A DNA stretch of 63,137 nt, the filler included. It is 5 parts of 5 records of this genome, joined end to end, with 100 filler letters (N's around TTAATTAATTAA, not from the genome) between each part and the next. Parts side by side here need not be neighbours in the genome. Positions count along the whole stretch, not along the records: positions 53,711 to 60,511 come from SRR20825014_163; positions 60,612 to 63,137 come from SRR20825014_169; 3 more parts are not named here. One strand, given 5' to 3'. The notes beneath the pieces are model-generated. The model did no database searches. It saw nothing but the letters and a program-made list of their open reading frames with translations, and was not told the origin of the DNA. Each line of letters opens with the position of its first letter. Position 1 is the stretch's first letter. Positions 56,118-63,137 of this stretch are shown piece by piece. The translations under genes and the position numbers were made by a program.

Positions 56118-56611
56118 GCGGCGGCGCCATTGTCGAGCTCGTCTGGATCGAGAAGCAGATCGAGCACTGGATTCGCTTCGGCCGGATCGCGCGGACAACG
56201 ATCCAGAGCCGCAGTCGCAGCACCGTCGCTTTCGATCCCGGCGCCGTCTTCGCCTTCGTCCGCTGGCAGGCAAATGATTTCGGTACGGCGGAAAGCCGGA
56301 TCGACATTCTGCGCGCGCCCAGAGCAGGTGAGCCCTATGCGACCGTGCCGCATGTGACGCCCGGCGGCGACAGTCTGTTGCGTCTCTCCGGCTGGCCCAA
56401 AGTCGAACGGGTTCTTCAGTTCGCCGATGCGATCGAAGCGCTCGGCATCGAGCCGGCTGACGCCGCGACGGACTATTGGCGCCACGTTCACAACAGGCTG
56501 TCAGCAGGCCTAGAGCCGCGCGGCTACACAGCCGCTCAACATCGCGCCTGGCTCCTGCGCCAAACCTGTTCGCCCGCTCCGCACGCCACATCGGCGGGGA
56601 GCGCGTTATGA
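56114..56611 (+). CDS. DUF2840 protein
   Basis: EHWIRFG, FAFVRW.ANDFGT, GWPKVE.VL, YWRHVHNRL. Confidence 0.85.
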   Translation: MSGGAIVELVWIEKQIEHWIRFGRIARTTIQSRSRSTVAFDPGAVFAFVRWQANDFGTAESRIDILRAPRAGEPYATVPHVTPGGDSLLRLSGWPKVERVLQFADAIEALGIEPADAATDYWRHVHNRLSAGLEPRGYTAAQHRAWLLRQTCSPAPHATSAGSAL

Positions 56612-57186
56612 CCCGGTTCGGTTACGTCATGACGACCTATTTCTCGGTGCTCGCGATCGGCGGACTGGCCTTCGTTCATGTGAGCCCCAAGCTGATCTGG
56701 AACGCATCCGCGAGTGCGCCGATCGGACTCTACGCCGTCGCATCGGACAACGATCTTGTCGTCGGCGATCTGGTCGTTGTCCATCCTCCGAAATCACTTG
56801 CGATCTATCTCGACGAACGCGGCTACTTGCCCGAAGGCGTGCCGCTCCTCAAGCACATCGCTGCACTTCCCGGACAGCACGTCTGCCGCGATGGCGCCGC
56901 TGTCGCTGTCGACGACACCACCGTGGCGCAGGCGCAGCCAAGCGATCGCTTCGGCCGCGACCTGCCCGTTTGGCAGGGCTGCCACATCGTCGCTGAGACC
57001 GAACTCTTCCTCCTGAATCCCAGCCATCCCGACAGTCTCGACGGTCGCTATTTCGGCGCGCTCCCGGCGGACGCCGTGGTCGGACGCGCCGTCCCGATCC
57101 TCACCGATGAAGACGGCGACGACCGCTATGTCTGGCGCGCTGATCGCGACGCCGACGCTCTTCCAAATTCATCCGACCGCAAATGA
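56608..57186 (+). CDS. traF: Conjugative transfer S26 signal peptidase
   Basis: WNASASAPIGLY, LLKH, SLDGRYFG. Confidence 0.9.
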   Translation: MTRFGYVMTTYFSVLAIGGLAFVHVSPKLIWNASASAPIGLYAVASDNDLVVGDLVVVHPPKSLAIYLDERGYLPEGVPLLKHIAALPGQHVCRDGAAVAVDDTTVAQAQPSDRFGRDLPVWQGCHIVAETELFLLNPSHPDSLDGRYFGALPADAVVGRAVPILTDEDGDDRYVWRADRDADALPNSSDRK

Positions 57187-57199
57187 AAGGAACTTCCCC

Positions 57200-57547
57200 A
57201 TGGCTCAGATCGGTCAATTCACTCGCACGGAAACCGGCTTCACCGGACGTCTTCACACGCTCATTCTCTACCGAGAACTCACGCTCGTTCCGGCAACGCC
57301 GTCAGACAGCGAGAACGCGCCCGACTATCGCATCCATCACGGCGATGAAGACGGACCGGAAATCGGCGCCGGCTGGAAACGCACCGGCGAGAAAGCCGGC
57401 GAATACATCTCTCTGCAGATCGACGACCCGACCTTTGCGTTTCCGATCCGCGCCAATCTTTTCAAGACGGACGGGGAAGACGAGCATTGGGCGCTCCTTT
57501 GGAATCGCGCCGCAAAGCGTCCCGAGAAACGCGATGAGCGCGGCTAG
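57200..57547 (+). CDS. DUF736 protein
   Basis: MAQIGQF..G.L.TL, APDYRI, EIGAGW, YISLQIDDP. Confidence 0.88.
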   Translation: MAQIGQFTRTETGFTGRLHTLILYRELTLVPATPSDSENAPDYRIHHGDEDGPEIGAGWKRTGEKAGEYISLQIDDPTFAFPIRANLFKTDGEDEHWALLWNRAAKRPEKRDERG

Positions 57548-58253
57548 ACCATCTCGGCGCTGCGCGATGATGGCGAAGTTCCTCCTCTGCGGTCTGCTCT
57601 CCGGCGTGGTTGTCTCTCACGCCGTATCAGCAGAGACCGCGTCCTCCAGGACGGAACAAGGCGGCAATTCCTATGCTGCCTATGTCGCCGAAGCTGCGCA
57701 GCGCTTCGGCGTCCCGGCGCATTGGATCCTCGCCGTCATGCGCAGGGAAAGCGCCGGCGACGTGCGCGCCGTCAGCGAAAAAGGCGCGATGGGGCTGATG
57801 CAGATCATGCCCGACACCTGGGATGAGCTGCGCGCGCGTTACAGTCTGGGGCGCGATCCGTTCGATCCTCGCGACAACATTCTGGCGGGCGCCGCTTATC
57901 TCCGTGAACTGCATGACCGCTTCGGATCGCCGGGCTTCCTCGCCGCCTATAATGCGGGGCCGACGCGCTATGCCGAGCATCTAGCCACAGGTCGCCCACT
58001 ACCCCGAGAAACCCGCGATTATGTTGCGGCGCTGGCGCCGCTCATCGGCGCATCGGTTGCAGCAGAACGGCGAGAGCAGAGCGCAATTCTGACCGTGGAT
58101 TGGCGCGAGGCGCCACTCTTCGCCGTCCACAATGATGGACAATCGGTTGCTGACGAAACGCACTCAGGCAGCAGCGCCGACGTTTATCCTCCGCACACAT
58201 CGGGCGCTTCCGACAGCCTTTTCCCGCCACATGGAACCGGGGATCAGCGATGA
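57534..58253 (+). CDS. Lytic transglycosylase (SLT domain)
   Basis: ESAG, GAMGLMQIMP, AAYNAGP, ETRDYV. Confidence 0.92.
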   Translation: MSAARPSRRCAMMAKFLLCGLLSGVVVSHAVSAETASSRTEQGGNSYAAYVAEAAQRFGVPAHWILAVMRRESAGDVRAVSEKGAMGLMQIMPDTWDELRARYSLGRDPFDPRDNILAGAAYLRELHDRFGSPGFLAAYNAGPTRYAEHLATGRPLPRETRDYVAALAPLIGASVAAERREQSAILTVDWREAPLFAVHNDGQSVADETHSGSSADVYPPHTSGASDSLFPPHGTGDQR

Positions 58254-58500
58254 CCCCGCTGATCGCACTCTCGCGCAGTCCGTCGCGCGATGGCGTGCTT
58301 CCGGGAGGAACGACGGGGACGGAAGGCGCAACAACAACGGGAGGGCGAGATAAAAGGCGTGGCACTAATGCGCGCTATGTCGTTGTTGTTTTTGGGTATT
58401 TAGCCCGCTGCGGCCATGGATGCAGTGCCGCCCCACGGTCCAATCCCTTGTTTTCATGCGGGTTTCACCGTGCCGCGTGCTTTCTAGCGGGCATTTTTTC
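58254..58500 (+). promoter_or_regulatory. Candidate oriT region
   Basis: Gap immediately upstream of the relaxase gene; inferred from position, nic site not identified. Confidence 0.4.
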
Positions 58501-60258
58501 ATGAGCGACCGCGACAATGACATGCGCATCCGGCCCGGCCGTATCCGCAATAAGGGGACAAGCGTCCGGAAGGCGCAAAGCTTCGTCGGTCAGGTCATCG
58601 GCGCTGCCCGCAAGGCCGGACACACCGGATACAAGCCGGGCGGCTCGAAGGGACGCGGTCGCGGCTCGCAATTCGGTCGAGGCCGGTTCGCCGGTGCGGC
58701 ACGGGGGCTCGCGCGCACCCAGCGGCGCGTCGTCGTCAAGGCGCGGATCGTCCGCCATCGCGGAGTCCGCTTTCGTTCCGCGCCGCTCACCAAGCATATC
58801 GCCTATCTCAAGCGCGAGGGCGTGACCCGCGACGGTCGCGACGCGGGCATGTTCAGCGCCGAAGCGGACAGCGTCGATGATCGTGCCTTCGCCGGGCGAT
58901 GCGAAGAGGACCGGCATCATTTCCGCTTCATCGTCTCACCCGAAGACGCCGACCGCCTCGAAGACCTGCGCGCCTTCACGCGCGACCTGATGAACGAGGC
59001 CGAGCGCGGTCTCGGCACCAAGCTCGACTGGATCGGCGTCGATCACTGGAATACCGACAATCCCCATGTCCATGTGCTGGTGCGCGGCCGTGCCGACGAT
59101 GGGAAAGACCTCGTCATCTCGCGTGACTATATCAGCCGGGGTCTCCGCGATTGCGCCGAGCAACTGGTCGAATTGGAGCTCGGCCCACGCACCGAGCGGG
59201 AGATCGCAGCCGGGCTTCAGACGGAAGTAACCGCCGAGCGCTGGACCGGTCTCGACCGCGCGCTGCAAGGGCTTGTCGATGATGGCGCCGGCGTTGCCGA
59301 TCTGCGTCCGGGATCGCCGGAGCCGCGCGATCCGGAATTGCGCAAATTGCTGATCGGCCGCGCGCAGACGCTGGAACGGCTCGGCCTCGCCAACAGGCTC
59401 GCCCCCGCGGTGTGGTCGCTGAAGCCCGGCGCCCAACAGACGTTGCGCGAGCTTTCCATCCGGGGCGACATCATCAAGACCATGCACCGCGCCATGGCGG
59501 GCGGACCCGATCGCGCGCAAGCGGACTTCGCCATTGAAGACACGCCTCACGCCCCGGTGCTGGGAAGGCTCGTCGAACGTGGCCTCCATGACGAGCTGAG
59601 CGGCGAAGCCTATGCCGTGATCGACGCGGTGGACGGCCGCGTCCATCATCTGCGCTTCAACGATCTCGACGCCACGGGCGACACGCCCGAAGGCGGCATT
59701 GTCGAAACGCGTGTCTCGCGTTCGAACGATGGCGGTGGTCAGCGCATGGCCCTCGTCGGCCGCTCCGATCTCAACCTCGAAACCCAGATCGGCGCGAACG
59801 GCGCCACTTGGCTCGACCGAGTGCAACTGGCAAAGGAACGCGCGCCGCTCAGCATGGGCGGGTTCGGCGCCGAGGTCCGCGGGGCACTGGACCGGCGTCG
59901 CGATCATCTCGTCGCCGAGGGGCTGGCGACCAGGAACGGCCAGCGCATCACCTTCGCCCGCGATCTTCTGAAAACGCTGCGCGACCGAGAACTCGACACG
60001 GCGGCGGCGGCTATCGAGGCCGAGACCGGCTTGCCTCGCCGCAAGCCCGCCGAGGGTGATCGCATCTCCGGCACCTATCGCCGGCGGCTCGATCTCGCTT
60101 CGGGTCGCTTCGCCATGGTCGATGACGGCCTCGGCTTCGAACTCGTCCCGTGGAAGCCCCAGCTCGAACGCCACCTCAGCCAGCCCGTGACGGGCACGAT
60201 GACGCCCGGCGGCGGGATCGACTGGAGCCTCGGCCGCAAGCGCGGGCTCAGCCTTTGA
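58501..60258 (+). CDS. rlxS: VirD2/RlxS-like MOBP relaxase with DUF3363 C-terminus
   Basis: RRVVVKAR, HIAYLKREG, HHFRFIVSPED, HWNTDNPHVH, ATWLDR, LASGRFAM. Confidence 0.9.
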   Translation: MSDRDNDMRIRPGRIRNKGTSVRKAQSFVGQVIGAARKAGHTGYKPGGSKGRGRGSQFGRGRFAGAARGLARTQRRVVVKARIVRHRGVRFRSAPLTKHIAYLKREGVTRDGRDAGMFSAEADSVDDRAFAGRCEEDRHHFRFIVSPEDADRLEDLRAFTRDLMNEAERGLGTKLDWIGVDHWNTDNPHVHVLVRGRADDGKDLVISRDYISRGLRDCAEQLVELELGPRTEREIAAGLQTEVTAERWTGLDRALQGLVDDGAGVADLRPGSPEPRDPELRKLLIGRAQTLERLGLANRLAPAVWSLKPGAQQTLRELSIRGDIIKTMHRAMAGGPDRAQADFAIEDTPHAPVLGRLVERGLHDELSGEAYAVIDAVDGRVHHLRFNDLDATGDTPEGGIVETRVSRSNDGGGQRMALVGRSDLNLETQIGANGATWLDRVQLAKERAPLSMGGFGAEVRGALDRRRDHLVAEGLATRNGQRITFARDLLKTLRDRELDTAAAAIEAETGLPRRKPAEGDRISGTYRRRLDLASGRFAMVDDGLGFELVPWKPQLERHLSQPVTGTMTPGGGIDWSLGRKRGLSL

Positions 60259-60281
60259 GCATTCTCCCGGAAGGAAAAGAA

Positions 60282-60511
60282 ATGCCGATCAAGACACAGC
60301 AAACACAGGCCACCAGGATCCTCTGGGGCCAGATCATCATCGTCTCGCTCGTTGCGGTCGGCTTCGTCTGGGCGGCGACGCAGTGGACCGCATGGCGGCT
60401 CGGCTTTCAGCCGCAACTCGGCGAGCCGATGACGGACGTCCTCGGCTGGCCTGTCTATCCGCCCTGGAGCTTCTTCGTCTGGTGGTATTTCTACGACGCC
60501 TATGCGCCGCG
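60282..60511 (+). CDS. traG: Type IV coupling protein, N-terminus (truncated)
   Basis: TRILWGQI..WAATQWTAWRLGFQPQLG.P..Y.PW.FF.WWY.YDAYAP. Confidence 0.85.
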
Positions 60512-60611
60512 NNNNNNNNNNNNNNNNNNNNNNNNNNNNNNNNNNNNNNNNNNNNTTAATTAATTAANNNNNNNNNNNNNNNNNNNNNNNNNNNNNNNNN
60601 NNNNNNNNNNN
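60512..60611. other. Artificial contig linker
   Basis: N-run with TTAATTAATTAA. Confidence 0.97.
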
Positions 60612-61106
60612 CCTCGATTCGCGCTTATTGCAGGGGAGGTATGTGGGAGTCGTGTTACCTTCCAGAAATTATTTGGTATGTTGCTGCGGTACCGCTACGC
60701 CACCATGGATGCCACGGCTATGCCTGAAAAGAACATTGACATCTATGCCCGCATCTATGCTCACCTATTTGCATGTGATTGTGTTAGTTGGGATGTCTTT
60801 GAGATCTTTGATATTTCTACATCGGACGTCTCCCAGCGTACCTTCCTCGCCTCCTTCCTGCGCTTGTTGATGGTTGCCATGGGTACAGCTCCCCTTCTTG
60901 AACGATTCCGTCACCGTAACATGAAGCTAAAGTTGAAGGGAATTCTGCCTATGTACGGGGAGGACTTTGGAGATGATGCACAGACGGTTGCAGATAAGGC
61001 CCGTGTGTGCTTGAGGTTCTTCTCGGGGGCTGGTAACATTAGGGCGTTGGCTGTGGATTTGGAGAAGTGGTGGGGGGAGCGTCAGAAGCGACCAAGGGAC
61101 GAGTAG
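60612..61106 (+). CDS. Divergent CWC22-like splicing factor, C-terminal region (5' truncated; eukaryotic)
   Basis: Frame open from the contig start; AHLFACDCVSWDVF, RTFL, MG...L.ERF, GILP, R....FF..G parallel the CWC22 pattern AHLL..D.I.W, RIF, GLFP, NFFT.IG. Confidence 0.6.
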   Translation, partial: PRFALIAGEVCGSRVTFQKLFGMLLRYRYATMDATAMPEKNIDIYARIYAHLFACDCVSWDVFEIFDISTSDVSQRTFLASFLRLLMVAMGTAPLLERFRHRNMKLKLKGILPMYGEDFGDDAQTVADKARVCLRFFSGAGNIRALAVDLEKWWGERQKRPRDE

Positions 61107-61279
61107 GTAAGGTATTCGAATGCAGACCAACCTTACTGTAATAATTCATCTTTAATCATCATCAATTTTTTACTGGCTACCTTTTTTTGTTTTTAAATTG
61201 GTTACAAATACATCAATTAATTTCATTCCTCCCTCTATTTTAAATTAGTTTTTATTCTCGTATCGACAAAACCCCCGCT

Positions 61280-63137
61280 ATGAAGTCTTTCAACCAGATT
61301 TCAAGCCCAATGGGGGGTTCCCGTCGCAAGAGCGGTATTCCTCTTGCCGGCTCCGGAAACAGCCCCTCCTCTCCTGGCTTCGCACCCCCCTCCACCACCA
61401 CCAGTGAGAACTGCTACCGCTCCTTCCGTTCCCTGGTACGTGTCCGTCCCTTTGTAGGCAAGGAGGCTACTCATATCCCTGCCGAGCAGATCGTCCCCCG
61501 CCCCATTCTGGACTACTCCCCCGAGGAGATGACCATCACCGTACTCGACCCTGCAGCCAAATTCAAGCCCAAGAAGGCGGGTATTTTCCCCAATGTCCAC
61601 GTACTATGGTCCTTCGAGGATCCTGACTCTATTGAGCAGCAGTTCCCTAGGCAGCTCCAGGCGGATGTATATGCCAAGGCATGCAGTCCTCTTACTACCG
61701 CCGTTCAGGAGGGGTACAGCTGCCTGTATGCCTGCTATGGTGCTGGTGGTACTGGAAAGTGCGCCACCATGTGGGGCGATGAGTGGAGTGGTGGAAACAG
61801 GGGTCTATTCCCCCGCTTTGCTGAGGATGTCTTTGACCTCATGAAGGAGCAGCTTCGTGAGAATGCATCCTTTGCTATCGAGTTGGAGGCTGTTGAGATC
61901 GTCAATGACTCCTACGTTGATCTTCTTGCTACCAAGAAGGTTGCCGCCGATATCAAGGTGCGTGAGGATCCCCAGGAGGGCCTCGTCCTACAGGGCCTAA
62001 TCCGTAAGGTGGTGGCTAACAGCGAGGAGCTCATCGCTGAGGCCCAAAAGGCGGTTAAGCTGGCCAAGAAGCGTAAGAATACTCACTTCCTTACCCTTCG
62101 CATCGTTGAGACGTATAAATTCAAGGATCCCCATAACCCTGATGTACCAGAGACCAACAAGCGCCGTAGGATGTCCGTCTCCTTCGCTGTCCTCAGAGCC
62201 GTCACGGGCTTCACTCGATGCATTGATGTGGCTGTGGAGCGTGACTCGGGCGAGAACCCCAACGCCAAGCCCCCTACCCGAGATGGCCCCTTCACAAAGC
62301 TATTTGCCCCCGTTTGGATGGGACATGTCAATGTCACTATAATCAACTGCATCAGCCCCTTTTGCAACGATGCCAAGGATACCTTCAATACCCTCGCCTT
62401 CGCCAAAAAGATCACCAAGATCAAGACTACCCCCCAGCTTATTCACGACTCCGATATGTTGGAGCTTAGGTCCCTAGCCGACGAGATGAAGGATCTAGGA
62501 CAATCCGTCCAACGGACCAATGAGACCCAAAACGTCGTGCAATCTGAGCTCGATCGTCTCCAGACTGACATCGAGATGAGTGAGATTACTAATGCGGGCC
62601 TGAAGGAGGATTTAGCCATCGAGGCTAGGATCGAGACATCAATGAAGCTATTCAGAATGAGGGAGGTGAACCTTATGGCCAAGGAGGCGGCCGCGGCTGA
62701 TGAGGATGTCATTGTGTGCCAGAGCGAGATTGATGACCTTAAGGCCGACGTAAAGGATACCATAAAGGAGACGGGTGCACTACGGGCCGAGGAGGATGAG
62801 ATCACCTCCCGTATGGAGGCCCTTCAGCTTGAGAAGGAGCGCCAGATTGCCCTCAATGAACCCTTCCAAAGCGAGCTCCAGTTCTATGAGGAAGAAGTCA
62901 AGGCCGTGGAGGAAAAGGAGGCGTTTATTACCAACGCCCCAGGGGAGCAGCAGGAGCGTGTTGCAGGACTCGTTGCCCAAACCAACCAGCTGAGGAAGGA
63001 TGCCAAGGAGCTCAAGGACAAGGATGCTGGTACCAAGGCGGACCTCAAGCGCGTCGAGGCACAGCATGCTGCGGCTAAAGAGGAGTATGCCCCATGCAAG
63101 GAAAATGCCGAGAAGAAGAAGCTGATTGCCACCAAGG
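61280..63137 (+). CDS. Kinesin-like protein with degenerate motor domain and coiled coil (3' truncated; absent from the ORF track)
   Basis: Manual translation, 619 codons without a stop: VRVRPF, EGYSCLYACYGAGGTGKCATM, GLFPR, EIVND..DLL, VREDP..G..LQGL, CISP..TFNTLAFA. Confidence 0.85.
   Translation, partial: MKSFNQISSPMGGSRRKSGIPLAGSGNSPSSPGFAPPSTTTSENCYRSFRSLVRVRPFVGKEATHIPAEQIVPRPILDYSPEEMTITVLDPAAKFKPKKAGIFPNVHVLWSFEDPDSIEQQFPRQLQADVYAKACSPLTTAVQEGYSCLYACYGAGGTGKCATMWGDEWSGGNRGLFPRFAEDVFDLMKEQLRENASFAIELEAVEIVNDSYVDLLATKKVAADIKVREDPQEGLVLQGLIRKVVANSEELIAEAQKAVKLAKKRKNTHFLTLRIVETYKFKDPHNPDVPETNKRRRMSVSFAVLRAVTGFTRCIDVAVERDSGENPNAKPPTRDGPFTKLFAPVWMGHVNVTIINCISPFCNDAKDTFNTLAFAKKITKIKTTPQLIHDSDMLELRSLADEMKDLGQSVQRTNETQNVVQSELDRLQTDIEMSEITNAGLKEDLAIEARIETSMKLFRMREVNLMAKEAAAADEDVIVCQSEIDDLKADVKDTIKETGALRAEEDEITSRMEALQLEKERQIALNEPFQSELQFYEEEVKAVEEKEAFITNAPGEQQERVAGLVAQTNQLRKDAKELKDKDAGTKADLKRVEAQHAAAKEEYAPCKENAEKKKLIATK

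Larger units (their letters stand above)
53711..60511 (+). mobile_element. Fragment of an alphaproteobacterial ICE (Tn4371/ICEMlSym-like), regulation and DNA-processing region
   Basis: Gene order qseM, fseA, rdfS, DUF2840, traF, DUF736, lytic transglycosylase, relaxase, traG. Confidence 0.92.

Noticed and set aside
58936-60174. 412-aa minus-strand ORF
   Set aside because: Antisense shadow of the relaxase gene.
61280-63137. Alternative genetic code or introns to explain the lack of a long ORF in the track
   Set aside because: Standard-code translation is open to the window end; the ORF simply lacks a stop.

Overview
This window is not one locus. It is five unrelated contigs joined by artificial 100-nt linkers (N-run, TTAATTAATTAA, N-run) at 14437-14536, 35316-35415, 53611-53710 and 60512-60611. 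(1) 1-14436: AT-rich Flavobacteriaceae-type housekeeping DNA (nqrF, apbE, T9SS cargo, map, TolC/HlyD/ABC/TetR, DEAD helicase, trxA, 3' end of a tRNA). (2) 14537-35315: GC-rich Myxococcota/Bradymonadales-like DNA rich in lipoproteins. It carries a bacterial GRAS-TerB fusion and a duplicated, covarying hairpin element upstream of two paralogous lipoprotein genes. (3) 35416-53610: a Bacteroidota-like, virus-like operon of about 16 kb on the minus strand, and the best candidate for an undescribed system. It encodes a candidate single-jelly-roll capsid protein with three small beta-rich neighbours, a transglutaminase-fold Cys-His-Asp enzyme, a membrane-anchored two-repeat annexin, cell-wall enzymes, a DarB-like methyltransferase-Strawberry-notch helicase, a RadA-like ATPase and a patatin. 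A recurrent hydrophobic-x-Gly motif at domain junctions suggests adenovirus-like proteolytic maturation. A divergent switch of paralogous small regulators with phased repeats sits upstream. (4) 53711-60511: an alphaproteobacterial ICE (Tn4371/ICEMlSym-like) with qseC-qseM, a +1 frameshifted fseA, rdfS, traF, relaxase and traG. (5) 60612-63137: eukaryotic DNA with a CWC22-like C-terminus and an intronless, degenerate kinesin that the ORF track missed. All family calls are from motif recognition by eye; no database searches were run.
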